A stretch of DNA of 64,000 nt from a virus (lineage: Duplodnaviria; Heunggongvirae; Uroviricota; Caudoviricetes): the IMG/VR virus record IMGVR_UViG_2718218135_000001, positions 1-64,000 of that record. One strand, given 5' to 3'. The notes beneath the pieces were generated by a model. The model made no database searches. It had not been told where the DNA came from and saw only the letters and a program-made list of their open reading frames with translations. Every line of letters begins with the position of its first letter. Position 1 is the first letter of the stretch. Shown here one piece after another: positions 24,157-34,142 of this stretch. A program made the translations under genes and the position numbers.

Positions 24157-24568
24157 CGGCGTCTAACAATAAGCCGCAATTTTCGCTCATGTATGCCGCA
24201 GTTGCCGGATTGCCTCTGTCATTATTCGAATTGTTCATTTCAGGGTGAGCGTCCCAGGCCACTGATTCCTGAGATGATAGATAGACGGCAAAGTCGACGA
24301 TTTCATCATCTCCGGTTTTAACGTTGCCAAGCAATTCATTTGCCTTTCTCCAGTGCTTCAGCGCGAGAATTCTGAACTGTTTTGCATTTTCAGCAGGCAC
24401 TGCACTGGATTTGTCTGTGTAGATATTCGATATGTCGGCATAAAGAGCGCATTTAACATAGCTGGTTGCCCTGCCGGTCTCTTTAAAACCTTGCTCTGTG
24501 TTGTTGGCGTAGACATTCACAGCAAAAGCGCTGGCAATTCCCAGCAATATAATTTTCTTCATCATCAT
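24149..24568 (-). CDS. secreted hypothetical protein
   Basis: Signal-peptide-like MMMKKIILLGIASAFAVNVYA. Confidence 0.45.
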   Translation of the reverse strand: MMMKKIILLGIASAFAVNVYANNTEQGFKETGRATSYVKCALYADISNIYTDKSSAVPAENAKQFRILALKHWRKANELLGNVKTGDDEIVDFAVYLSSQESVAWDAHPEMNNSNNDRGNPATAAYMSENCGLLLDAAK

Positions 24569-24714
24569 TACTCAATAAGGAGGCGACAAATATCTTACGT
24601 GTAGTTGTCAGTTGAGTATTAAGCAAACTCAATAAATTTATAAGTATCTCCCTGTGCAGCCTGTGAATCCTTATTTATTACCTACTCAATTTTGAAATAA
24701 TAACACCAACAAGA

Positions 24715-24727
24715 AAACAATTTGTTT
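24715..24727. promoter_or_regulatory. AAACAA-N-TTGTTT palindromic operator-like motif upstream of the large methyltransferase
   Basis: aaacaatttgttt, 13 bp before the ATG, preceded by the conserved block taacaccaacaag; same motif at 12 or more other sites. Confidence 0.45.
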
Positions 24728-24739
24728 AATGGTGCAATC

Positions 24740-26425
24740 ATGAATACAGCCCTTTCCATCATTGACGCTATCACTCCAAACACTGATATCGACTACCGGC
24801 AGGAAATGAACGTTATCCACGAAATTGTGGCCGAGTGCGAGAAAGAGATCGCATTCATGCATCAGGTTCACGACTTCGTTTATGGTGACGAACGCCACAA
24901 CATGATTAACCGCCTGCTGCGACTTAACCACCGGCCGGACGACGAGCGCACACGCTTTAACAGAACCTGGCTGGACAAAGTCGACCTGGAATGGGTGAAA
25001 CAAAATATCTGGGCCGAGTACTGGAAGAAGGTCACGGATATGACCAACGTTCTGCTGATCATGCCAGCATCCCGCCGCGACGAGTGGCGTGAACAGTTTA
25101 TCGAGGGCAAGCAGGAAACGATCAAGACTGACAGAACTGGCTATCAGATGAAGGTTAAAGAGTTCGTTGGTGTACCTGAGTTCAAAGCAGAAACGGTCAT
25201 ACCAACGATGCTTAATTTGCTGAATGACAGGCACAAATATCTCTCTGAGCGCGTGTATGGCTTGTTTAAGGCGTTGAGTCCTGCTCACAAGACCAATAAG
25301 ACGAACGGCTTCAGCGAGCGTCTGATCATCGCCGACTGCATTTCCGATTTCTGGCGGGACAGCGTCAGCGTTAACTACCGGAAAGAGGATTACATAGACG
25401 ACCTGCGCGTCATGTTGCATTTCTTTGCACACAAAGAATTTATCACCATCAACCGCACGGCCGAGATGCTGTCAGCTGCGTATCGAGCAAATGACTGCCA
25501 GACCGGCGACTGGATGAATGTCGACGGAAACCTGATGCGTGTGAAGATGTTTAAGAACGGCAACGTTCACTTTGAAATACATCCTGACGTAGCCTGGAAG
25601 CTGAATGAGGTGCTGGCTTACAGTATGCCCGCTGCAATCCCGGCTCCATGTCGTACTGCGCCCAAAACACGGGCACCAAAACAGTTCGGGTTAATCCAGA
25701 AGACGATCTCCGAGCCGGTGCGTACTGCGCTTCGCGACGGGCGATCTGGCAATGACAAACGCGTATGGTACTTCTCTGATTCCGGTCTCCAGAAGTCACA
25801 GGTGGAAGAGCTGGAGCGTACACTGAGCTTTATTGGCGGCGTGCAGGAGAACAAGCACTGGCAGTTCCCGTATGAGATCGGCCATACGCTCAATACGATT
25901 GTGGCCACCGGCTTAATACCGGATACAAAATCACACCAGTTCTACCCTACCCCGCGTTTGATAGCGGAGTACGTTGCCAGAGCCATCGAGCTGAAGCCAG
26001 GTGAGAAGCTGCTGGAGCCTGAAGCCGGGCGCGGAGATCTGCTGGCCTGCATCGACGCCAACCCGGAAGACGTCACCTGCATAGAAGTCGCGCCTCTCTT
26101 TGCTGATATCCTGCTTGGCAAGGGGTACACAAATACGGTCTGTTGCGACTTCATGAAGTGGTCTGAGGACAACGCAGGCTATCAGTTCGACAAAATCGTC
26201 ATGAACCCACCCTACTCTCTCGGTCGTCACAGAGAGCACACATTGGCCGCGCTGGGACATCTGAAAGTTGGTGGGCGCCTTGTTGCTGTTTTGCCGGGGG
26301 ACTCAACAACACTGAACTGGATGATGCTGGATAATTTCGTCTACGCCAAAGGTAAGTCGTTCACAGGCGAGTTTGATGACACGGGGATAACTGTCAGTGT
26401 ATACGTTTTCAAACGTGTAAAATGA
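24740..26425 (+). CDS. N6-adenine DNA methyltransferase with ~400 aa uncharacterised N-terminal domain
   Basis: C-terminal motif I LLEPEAGRGDL and motif IV IVMNPPYS; N-terminal two-thirds unassigned. Confidence 0.65.
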   Translation: MNTALSIIDAITPNTDIDYRQEMNVIHEIVAECEKEIAFMHQVHDFVYGDERHNMINRLLRLNHRPDDERTRFNRTWLDKVDLEWVKQNIWAEYWKKVTDMTNVLLIMPASRRDEWREQFIEGKQETIKTDRTGYQMKVKEFVGVPEFKAETVIPTMLNLLNDRHKYLSERVYGLFKALSPAHKTNKTNGFSERLIIADCISDFWRDSVSVNYRKEDYIDDLRVMLHFFAHKEFITINRTAEMLSAAYRANDCQTGDWMNVDGNLMRVKMFKNGNVHFEIHPDVAWKLNEVLAYSMPAAIPAPCRTAPKTRAPKQFGLIQKTISEPVRTALRDGRSGNDKRVWYFSDSGLQKSQVEELERTLSFIGGVQENKHWQFPYEIGHTLNTIVATGLIPDTKSHQFYPTPRLIAEYVARAIELKPGEKLLEPEAGRGDLLACIDANPEDVTCIEVAPLFADILLGKGYTNTVCCDFMKWSEDNAGYQFDKIVMNPPYSLGRHREHTLAALGHLKVGGRLVAVLPGDSTTLNWMMLDNFVYAKGKSFTGEFDDTGITVSVYVFKRVK

Positions 26426-26483
26426 TAGGTAAATACTTACCTAATTTATGTAAGAATAGAGCCACTTTATCAGAGGTAAACAC

Positions 26484-26864
26484 ATGAGCGAAAAATCGAG
26501 AATTACATTCGCCAGCGTTGATCAGGCGAAGCTGCCATTTAATTTAGTGCTACAGGGGAATGCAGGAGCGCCTGCCGGAACCATCAAAATCGACAAGGAG
26601 CTTGTGACGTTCGAAGGTAACTTTGATGAATCGGCGCAGGTTTTTATCGACCATCTGGCACGCCGTTGGAGCCAGCAGTGGAGAGACCTTGAGAAACGCG
26701 CCAATGAGTTTGACCGGTTCATGGACGCAATGGACACAGCAAAAGAGGCTCTGGTTGCCGGCACTCCGTTAGATTTGGAGTCTCTGTTTAAAGGTGAAAT
26801 GGCCTCTGCGATGTTCGCAACCATGTTTGCCGGTGAGTTTGTTCGTAGCGGGGCCAGAAACTAA
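26484..26864 (+). CDS. hypothetical protein
   Basis: 126 aa ORF. Confidence 0.45.
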   Translation: MSEKSRITFASVDQAKLPFNLVLQGNAGAPAGTIKIDKELVTFEGNFDESAQVFIDHLARRWSQQWRDLEKRANEFDRFMDAMDTAKEALVAGTPLDLESLFKGEMASAMFATMFAGEFVRSGARN

Positions 26865-26891
26865 CTGGAGCTGGGGTACGACGTTCCTGAA

Positions 26892-27173
26892 ATGGGTGAG
26901 TTTACCGTCACCATTCAACGCAAAGAAGGTAAGACTCCTGGCGAACGTATCGCTGAACTTGAGGCCGTTGTGGATCAGCGTAACGGCGAGTGCGTCCGTT
27001 TGATTAATGAACGTGATGCGCTGCGCGAAGAGCAGCTAAACAAAGGCTCGAACACACGCGCGGCCGCAGACATCTACTTCCAGTTGGTTGAGGAATGCCA
27101 GATCCCGCCAGGTGGCTCTTTGGTCGAGTTCGTTCGCGAATTGCAGGAGAAAGCAGAGAGGTGCGCGGCATGA
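26892..27173 (+). CDS. hypothetical protein
   Basis: 93 aa ORF, coiled-coil-like. Confidence 0.4.
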   Translation: MGEFTVTIQRKEGKTPGERIAELEAVVDQRNGECVRLINERDALREEQLNKGSNTRAAADIYFQLVEECQIPPGGSLVEFVRELQEKAERCAA

Positions 27174-27409
27174 ATGATCTGCTTGTCGAGCGAGTCTCCG
27201 CTTTTGTTAAGTCCCCGCTGAATAATCCCCTCACCCGCGGTGAGCAGATGGAGCTGGCAAGGTGGTTTCTGCGTATCCATGAGCAGATGGAAGTTTTTAA
27301 ACAGTTGCCGGATCTGCCCATTACAGACGGCCAAATTCAGTGTGCCACTTCAGTACGGTCGACGATGACAACGACGCAAACCTGCTTTTCGTCAAATCCG
27401 AAATCATAA
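27170..27409 (+). CDS. hypothetical protein
   Basis: Internal ATG of ORF 27095..27409, ATGA overlap with the upstream stop. Confidence 0.35.
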   Translation: MNDLLVERVSAFVKSPLNNPLTRGEQMELARWFLRIHEQMEVFKQLPDLPITDGQIQCATSVRSTMTTTQTCFSSNPKS

Positions 27410-27455
27410 AGTTGCGCAGGGAGAGAGAGAAATCGACGCAGAGCAGGCCCGCAAT

Positions 27456-27671
27456 ATGTGGGACGAGGCAGAAAACGCTGATGACGTAAAAGAAAGTTGC
27501 TGCTGTTTCGGTGTCGGTAACGAACTGCTGAGTCTGTTTGGTGACGATCCGTGGTATGCCGGTTGGCCAACGGTGCCAAACCCCAGATACCAATACCTGG
27601 AACGTATTATGTACGCGGTACGTGATGGGCTGAAAGAGCTTCACAATCAGATGAGAGAAGAAATCGGTTAA
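27456..27671 (+). CDS. hypothetical protein
   Basis: 71 aa ORF. Confidence 0.3.
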   Translation: MWDEAENADDVKESCCCFGVGNELLSLFGDDPWYAGWPTVPNPRYQYLERIMYAVRDGLKELHNQMREEIG

Positions 27672-27703
27672 GTGCTATAGTCAGGCGCTTTTATATTTAT
27701 GGA

Positions 27704-28408
27704 GTGAATATGAAAAATATCCTACTGGCATCATTGTTGGTGGCATCGCCGGCTGTATTTGCAGCCAGCTTTGACTGCCAAAAGGCTTCGGCAGAAATCG
27801 AACACAAAATCTGCGATAACGAACGCCTGTCAAAATTAGACGAACAACTTAGCTCTACCTATTCTAACGCACTCAAAGCAAACCCGGGGGACGCAGACGC
27901 CTTAAAGACGGTTCAGCGTCAATGGGTAAGTATGCGTGGAAAACTCACTGGTGATAAGGCTCTGGAGCTGGCTTATCTAATCCAAATTAATGGCCTCAAG
28001 AGTTTGGATGGTTCGGCCAGCACAGCGGTGGTCAATGAGACACCGAAGCCGGTGCAGAAACAGCCTGAAGTTCAGGAAAAGACAAGTAAGGCAGACACAA
28101 AGCCGGCTAAGAGCGGTAATGAGCTAACTCTGGAGTCATTCCGAGCTAAGTATATTGAGATTGATGGTGAGTACTACAGCACAACATCTCTTCCTAGAGG
28201 GAGTTCGTTCTTATTCACCTGCGCCAGTCGCATTGCCGATGACCAAGTTAATGTCTGGAAGAAGCACGCGGCAAAAGAGGGCAAGATCGACCTTTTCTTT
28301 GAGCTTGAGAGCCGAATACACACCGCGATGCTGAATGCCAATTTTCAGAAGCTGAATAGTGATTTAACTAAAACAGGCATTTGCGATCTGATTACCGCTG
28401 TTCCGTAA
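27704..28408 (+). CDS. secreted protein with DUF1311/LprI-like N-terminal domain
   Basis: Signal peptide, then FDCQKASAEIEHKICDNERLSKLDEQLSSTYSNAL, a pattern I associate with the lysozyme-inhibitor LprI family. Confidence 0.4.
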   Translation: MNMKNILLASLLVASPAVFAASFDCQKASAEIEHKICDNERLSKLDEQLSSTYSNALKANPGDADALKTVQRQWVSMRGKLTGDKALELAYLIQINGLKSLDGSASTAVVNETPKPVQKQPEVQEKTSKADTKPAKSGNELTLESFRAKYIEIDGEYYSTTSLPRGSSFLFTCASRIADDQVNVWKKHAAKEGKIDLFFELESRIHTAMLNANFQKLNSDLTKTGICDLITAVP

Positions 28409-28463
28409 GCCAGATAAGGCCACTAGTTGTGGCCTTAAACAATTTGTTTTATAGATGGTGAAA

Positions 28464-28667
28464 TTAATGGAACCCCAGGCGAACCAAATCCATTGGGCAG
28501 AATAGACCTTCCACACCTTCGATAGACACGCAGTCAGAGCGGCGTAATTGTTCTTCTGATTTGCCTTCTCCGCAGATTTCCTTGATGACTCCCGTTGCAC
28601 CATTCGTTGCCACCATCACTCGGCTGCCGGTAGTGATAGCGTTACGGTTGCGATCATAGGTCTTCAT
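28464..28667 (-). CDS. small hypothetical protein
   Basis: 67 aa, RBS aaaggagga; flanked on both sides by AAACAA-N-TTGTTT motifs (28437, 28752). Confidence 0.4.
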   Translation of the reverse strand: MKTYDRNRNAITTGSRVMVATNGATGVIKEICGEGKSEEQLRRSDCVSIEGVEGLFCPMDLVRLGFH

Positions 28668-28818
28668 CGTTTCCTCCTTTCACATGGGTCAAATCAGGTT
28701 TCAAAAATTGCCGTTTTCCATGTAGGTGCGATTTGCAAAATCTCAAGTGCCAAAACAAATTGTTTTCACCATCTTGTTATTCAATTAACCCGTAAAGTTG
28801 ACCAGTACCGTAATAAAT

Positions 28819-30168
28819 AATACTGTTTATATGTGGGTCTTCCCCGATCATGGTGGGAAGGCTCAGAACTCCATATTCAGCTTACCGTAGTGGAACATCA
28901 CTCCCAGTTTAAAGCGCTCCCGGTTTCGGTATCCCCTGGCTTTTATTCTCAGCAACCTTATCTTGCTGTTAAGTGCCTCCGCATTTCCGTTTGAGACACT
29001 GTGTCGCATCGCATTCAGGATCCCGTACAGCCTTTTTCCTATCGTTTTCGCAGCATTTTTCATCATGGGAACGTCACTGTTAGCCGCCAGCGCCAGCCAT
29101 CTCTGCCAGTCACTCCGCCTTTCCTCGCTCCATGGCCTGTTCCAGATATCCTTTGCCAGCTCTTTCAGCGCCCAGCACTGGCTCGTCAGCTTCATCTGTG
29201 CACGCAGCCACATCAGCTTTTCCTGCCGGGATTCAGTCATCCACTTATCACTGTACTGCCACAGGAAGCGGGTTCCTTTTGCCTGGCGTCGGCTTTCAAC
29301 AGGGAGGTGCGGATGTTCATTCTGACGGGTTTTATCAACTACCTCGCCCAGTTGCTTCGCCACATGGAAGCGGTCAAAGGCGATTTTCTCAACCGCGCTG
29401 GGTAAGTGGATGCGCGCTGCTCTTATATAGCCCGCGTTCATGTCCATTGAGAGCGTTTTGATAGCCAGCAACTGCCCATCAGTGAGTGTGCGAAGATAGC
29501 CGGCAAGACTCTCTGTGCCGCGATCATCCGTTAAGGCCAGCGCCCGACCATCGCGATCGGAGATCACCGTTATGTAACGATGTCCTTTTTTAAAGGCGAC
29601 CTCATCCACATTCATATGACGGGCGGATAATGGCTTTTTTATCCGGGCAAGACCTCGCTTAACTGCCCGGGTCATAATGCCGTCAACCGCATTCCAGCTG
29701 AGCTTAAGTTGCTTCCTGACAGCATCAACGGTGCTGATTTTCAGCCATGAGAGAACGAACAATTCGAACAGCAACGTATACCGGCTTCCGGGGCCAGCCC
29801 ACGGAACAGGCAACGTCTGACAGCCATGCTCCGGACACATAATTCGTGGAACATCGGCTTCAACAATAGTGGTGAACTGGCAGGTATCAAGATGGCGCCA
29901 TTTACGATGACGGTGATCGTGAACAGAACAGGATTTACCGCAGGCCGGACAGGCTAGCCGGGTGTTTTCAGCGATCTCAATAGTGACAGTAACAGAACCG
30001 GCATTTTCATCGAGAGAAAGGGACTTTACCTGCCACGGATCGGACAGGTTGAGAATATGAGCGTAGAGGGACTTTTCGTCCATGGCGGTGACCTCTGGCG
30101 ATTAAATACACCATTATCATGCCTTCAGCCACCACAACAAGGGAAGACCCTTATATGTACAGTATTGC
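28819..30168 (-). mobile_element. ISL3-family insertion sequence (apparently intact)
   Basis: Imperfect ~27 bp terminal inverted repeats (aatactgtttatatgtgggtcttcccc / gggaagacccttatatgtacagtattg) bracket one transposase gene; target-site duplication not evident by eye. Confidence 0.7.
28863..30083 (-). CDS. ISL3-family transposase
   Basis: 406 aa; N-terminal zinc-finger CPACG...H..HRHRKWRHLD and DDE-type core. Confidence 0.8.
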   Translation of the reverse strand: MDEKSLYAHILNLSDPWQVKSLSLDENAGSVTVTIEIAENTRLACPACGKSCSVHDHRHRKWRHLDTCQFTTIVEADVPRIMCPEHGCQTLPVPWAGPGSRYTLLFELFVLSWLKISTVDAVRKQLKLSWNAVDGIMTRAVKRGLARIKKPLSARHMNVDEVAFKKGHRYITVISDRDGRALALTDDRGTESLAGYLRTLTDGQLLAIKTLSMDMNAGYIRAARIHLPSAVEKIAFDRFHVAKQLGEVVDKTRQNEHPHLPVESRRQAKGTRFLWQYSDKWMTESRQEKLMWLRAQMKLTSQCWALKELAKDIWNRPWSEERRSDWQRWLALAANSDVPMMKNAAKTIGKRLYGILNAMRHSVSNGNAEALNSKIRLLRIKARGYRNRERFKLGVMFHYGKLNMEF

Positions 30169-30178
30169 GAGGCGAGCA

Positions 30179-30445
30179 ATGGGCAGCAAGAATTCTAAAT
30201 ATGTGATCGTCTATAGGGGCGAAGCACTCAAGCACCTAATACCCGGACAGTTCGTTTTCTTCCAACGTGAAAAAGAATACGGTGGGGGGTTCTGGCTTGG
30301 TAAAACGCATGAGGATGGGTTCGAATTTGTGCTGGAGCAACCCACTTCACTAAGTTACGGGCTTGCGTATCTGATCAGATTGTCGAGTGTCGAAGCCAGG
30401 TATATGGAGTTTGTTGATGACATAGACGACTTCAAACTCACCTAG
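30179..30445 (+). CDS. hypothetical protein (N-terminus abuts the ISL3 right end)
   Basis: ORF 30119..30445 opens inside the IS inverted repeat; first ATG outside the element is 30179. Confidence 0.35.
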   Translation: MGSKNSKYVIVYRGEALKHLIPGQFVFFQREKEYGGGFWLGKTHEDGFEFVLEQPTSLSYGLAYLIRLSSVEARYMEFVDDIDDFKLT

Positions 30446-30530
30446 TCATCCCTTAAACATTTTGTTTTCTAACTTTTGTTATTTGAGATAATAACACAAA
30501 TAAGAAAATAAATTGTTTAAGGAGTTGATC

Positions 30531-30767
30531 ATGTTCGGAACCGCAAAAGACATCATCGAAAAGCTGGAGAACTACCCAGAAGACGAGCCGCTGCTGATGG
30601 TGATGTGGCACAAGGAAGATGTAGGTGAAGTGCGACCAGACCTGACTGACGAACAGTGCGTTCAGGTTTTGCGAAAAATCAAAGAGTGCCATGACACCAG
30701 CGTCGGCGTGAATTGGGATGTCATTTCTGACACGGCCAACATTCTGTTTCCAAAGGAGAAGGCATGA
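30531..30767 (+). CDS. hypothetical protein
   Basis: ATG after RBS aaggag; two motif copies upstream (30455, 30506). Confidence 0.45.
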   Translation: MFGTAKDIIEKLENYPEDEPLLMVMWHKEDVGEVRPDLTDEQCVQVLRKIKECHDTSVGVNWDVISDTANILFPKEKA

Positions 30768-31084
30768 TGCTGAAAATCACCGAATCGTATAAGACGGCGG
30801 TGATCAGCACCGCCCACGTAACGGCAGCGGATTCAGAACGGCTACCCATTGCCTGCTTCGACCCACTTACTGATCGCGGGTTGAATTGGGTACACGGTAC
30901 ACAGTACGGCTGGATTGTTCGTGCTGGAATGCGAGGGAATGACTGGAAGGAAGAACTGCGTGAGTACGGCATTTCCCAAGAGGCGATCTCCAACATACAG
31001 ACCATACTGGATGACGGCTTTGACGTGGTTCACTTCGATTGCGACGCCGAGCTGGTGGATGGGCTACCTGCATGGGAATGGTGA
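30764..31084 (+). CDS. hypothetical protein
   Basis: 106 aa, ATGA overlap with the upstream gene. Confidence 0.45.
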   Translation: MMLKITESYKTAVISTAHVTAADSERLPIACFDPLTDRGLNWVHGTQYGWIVRAGMRGNDWKEELREYGISQEAISNIQTILDDGFDVVHFDCDAELVDGLPAWEW

Positions 31085-31160
31085 TCGCCCACTCGTTGAG
31101 TAATCATGTCATATAAGCGAAGAAAATTGGTAACATAGTACCGCTTTTTAATCTGATGGA

Positions 31161-31730
31161 ATGGATGTGATGGAAACCCAGAACCAACAAACAAAACCTC
31201 TGAATAATGCTTATGCGTGGCTTCTAGCTTTACTGCCTCTCTTCTTTGGAGCACCGCCAGATGAGTATTTGAATTATGCAATAGTGATAGGTGGAGTCGC
31301 TGGACTCGGCTTTCTGGTGGCTGACAGAATGGCATTGTCTGATGCAGGGTATGAACCACCGGCCATCCTGTGGGGAGTATTTCTCCTTCCGGTCTATCTC
31401 TGGAAACGTGCCACCGTTACAAAAGGCAGTCGACTTCCTTTTATCGTAATCGTCGCGTTGCTTGCTGGTAACATCTTCATCGGTATCCCACACCAGGAAG
31501 AGGTTGCTCTTGAAGAAGCGGCTTGTCCTCTCGTAACGACCATTCTGAAAGAGAATAACGGAACCACAGCGCCGAAATGTATGAAGGTGACAATTCAGGA
31601 CAAGGTGACGGACAAGTTCTATAAAGCGACGGCTACGCTGGATAACGGCAACGACATAAACGTTACTCTGGAACTGACCGGCGAAAGAAACTTTTATGTG
31701 CGCGTTCCGGATGCCTATCTGAACAACTAA
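31161..31730 (+). CDS. membrane protein (multiple predicted TM helices)
   Basis: Hydrophobic segments AWLLALLPLFFG, AIVIGGVAGLGFLV, ILWGVFLLPVYLW, FIVIVALLAGNIFIGI; preferred over the overlapping minus-strand ORF 31230..31883. Confidence 0.45.
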   Translation: MDVMETQNQQTKPLNNAYAWLLALLPLFFGAPPDEYLNYAIVIGGVAGLGFLVADRMALSDAGYEPPAILWGVFLLPVYLWKRATVTKGSRLPFIVIVALLAGNIFIGIPHQEEVALEEAACPLVTTILKENNGTTAPKCMKVTIQDKVTDKFYKATATLDNGNDINVTLELTGERNFYVRVPDAYLNN

Positions 31731-31739
31731 CGGCTGCAA

Positions 31740-33300
31740 CTCGTTGATATTGGCGGTCACAAATTGAGGATTTCTATAAGAGTCCGTTGATCGCCACTTT
31801 CCCCACCACCCTACCCCACTCAATCCCAGGCGTGACAAGGCATTTAAGCCAATTACACCCATAAGAAAACAAATAAATAACACATCAACGTAAAGTCAAC
31901 GCTTTCCCCTGATTTGGTCTAAAAAGTTGATGTTTTCGCACGCCATCTCTTATACCCAAATCCAGCGTACCAGAATCCATCTCCCTGCGACCAAAACGTC
32001 AAAAACGACTCGTGATACCACCCAAAAACAGACACGCTCAGAAGCGCTCCCGTTGCGTTATATTGGACATCTAAACAAGTTGTTTTCAGACACAAGAAAA
32101 CAAGCTAACCACACCCACAGGAAACCCAGAGACGCCATTACCCACATTCCCAAAAACAACCAACCTCTTTATGGCAGGCTACTGAAAAGACCCACCTCTT
32201 CTTCCCAGGCTACCGGACAACCAACCTAACTTTCACAGGCAACTCGAAACATTCATACATGCGATACCCACTACACGCCATTCCCCAAACAGCGAATAAA
32301 CACCAGAACCACTGAAACTCTAACGAAGCCTGTTACCGCAAGGACTCCCTCAATCCCCAAAGACACGAAACAGAACATTCGCGGGGAAACGCCATTACTC
32401 AATACACAAATAACCACAAAAGCCTTTCACGCTCTCAAGACAAACAACTCAAATACAATAACGAAAGGAATCGCCCACCTGCCATTACTCCATACACAGA
32501 GAAGAACAATCACCAAAACAACGAGAACAACCCTGACGAAAACACAGAGAAGAACCACCTCAAGAAGAACGAAACCACATATGCCGGTAGAAAGAACAAA
32601 CCACCCATTTCACCCACAGGAATAGTCGCCGTATTGAGCGTTATCAGAGAGAAGGTTTATGCCCACATAAGAGAGAAAATTCGTGGGAGGTATAAGTGGG
32701 AAGGGAAGGAGGGGTATCGCCACTTTCTTCGTATAAATTCAAGCCATAGTTTTCATCCCCCGTAACGTCCCTATCCACCCCTTCGGTCAGCCTTCGGGCC
32801 ATCCAGGGAAAAGGCCATGTCCCTTTTCAGAAACGGGAGCGTCGCCGCAGGGAAAAGGCTGGAGGTTTTCAGGGAAACGGTGGGAATCCCGCTATACGAA
32901 CCGGGAAAAGGCTGGCTGCCGGTCGGGAAACGGGTACATCCCGGTACAGAGCGAGGGACGACTGCGGGAGCGGTGCGGGAAATCTTCGGGAATGCGCCTT
33001 GCTCTTCGCTCGCCTGAAAATCGCGAGGGAGTGTCGTTCCCTCTCGTGCAGCTGCTGAACTCCATTCTGCCAGACCATCCTCGGGTCTCAAGCGATTTCA
33101 GTAGGTTTTCGGGGAGAAGAAAATTCTGCCCACCAGCCCTGCGGCGCGCGTAGAGCAGAATATCGTAAATACTGGTTCCCGTGTCGTTCCCGGATATTCA
33201 CTGCCCAGCCTGGCTTTCACGACATAAAATCCTTTTTCGCCTTTGTCTTATTGCGACAATAACACCAACAAGTAAACAACATGTTTAGACGTTATATAAA
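31740..33300. other. ~1.5 kb ORF-poor tract: CA-rich/G-poor half followed by phased GGGAAA(A/C)GG repeats
   Basis: No convincing ORF; strong strand skew 31900-32700; GGGAAA(A/C)GG repeats 32800-33000; one AAACAAGTTGTTT copy at 32073. Confidence 0.5.
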
Positions 33301-33318
33301 CGAAGTGAGGATGAAGAG

Positions 33319-33537
33319 ATGATTAAGATGCCTGTGACGGTTGAGGTGTGGGGCGTGGATTCCCTGGCTGAGTGTCTGGATGCAGTGGGGCCGGAGTTGT
33401 ACCGCAAGTTGTGGTCGTTCGTCCCGGCAGAAGGGGAATCGCCCAAAGGGAAGGATATCTGGCACCTGCTTAGTGAAGATGAAAAGCGGGAGCTGGTGGA
33501 CGCGGTACACAGCGAGTTCCCGGACGACGAAGATTAA
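33319..33537 (+). CDS. hypothetical protein
   Basis: 72 aa acidic ORF, RBS gtgagga; motif at 33274 upstream, hairpin at ~33544-33566 downstream. Confidence 0.45.
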   Translation: MIKMPVTVEVWGVDSLAECLDAVGPELYRKLWSFVPAEGESPKGKDIWHLLSEDEKRELVDAVHSEFPDDED

Positions 33538-33676
33538 GAGTGAGACCACCAGCACGGTGGCTTTTGTCGCTATTAACCTCCGGGGCAGCGCAGCACCGTA
33601 ACGATATACTTTGTGGCCGTTTTCTTACTGGTATTGTTTACGCAATTCAGAAAACAACATGTTTAAGGATTGCTTT

Positions 33677-34006
33677 ATGTTTGCAAATATCGACATCAAC
33701 CAAATCAAGAAAATGACTCAAAAAGAGTTTGACCAGTTTTATGAGTTAGAAGGTTGGTCTTCCACGCTGATCAATTCGCGCTGGGTGCTTGAGCTGATGA
33801 CTCGTGATGATGCTCCTGCTTTGATTATTTGCGACATGGGTGAAGATGCTGACTTTATGGATATGAGCGAATTTTGTGTGGACACATACAACCGCAGCCA
33901 GAAGTACTACTTCACATGCGATAGCGAGAATGACGTGATTTCTAAGCTCTATCTTCACCTTGTCCAGCATTGGGACGTGCAGGAATTCCTTGAGTTATTC
34001 GCGTAA
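33677..34006 (+). CDS. hypothetical protein
   Basis: ATG after aagga; motif 33652-33664 upstream; hairpin 34016-34038 downstream. Confidence 0.45.
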   Translation: MFANIDINQIKKMTQKEFDQFYELEGWSSTLINSRWVLELMTRDDAPALIICDMGEDADFMDMSEFCVDTYNRSQKYYFTCDSENDVISKLYLHLVQHWDVQEFLELFA

Positions 34007-34142
34007 GCCCAACCAAAGCCAGCACCGCCTGCTGGCTTAACTTCTCTGTAGCCGCAGGGAAGAACCACCTTTAGATAATTCATGTGCCTGAGCAATATGC
34101 TTTGTAGCCGTTTTTACACTGGTATTATTTACGCCATTGAGA

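Noticed and set aside
24686-25432. 248 aa minus-strand ORF inside the large methyltransferase gene
   Set aside because: Antisense to a gene with well-supported start and catalytic motifs; no independent signals.
31230-31883. 217 aa minus-strand ORF overlapping the membrane-protein gene 31161..31730
   Set aside because: The plus-strand product has regular TM-helix hydrophobicity and an upstream region; the minus product looks compositionally random. Could be revisited with expression data.
31927-32229. 100 aa plus-strand ORF in the CA-rich tract
   Set aside because: Translation is low-complexity (T/K/R/Q-rich), driven by the strand skew; no RBS.
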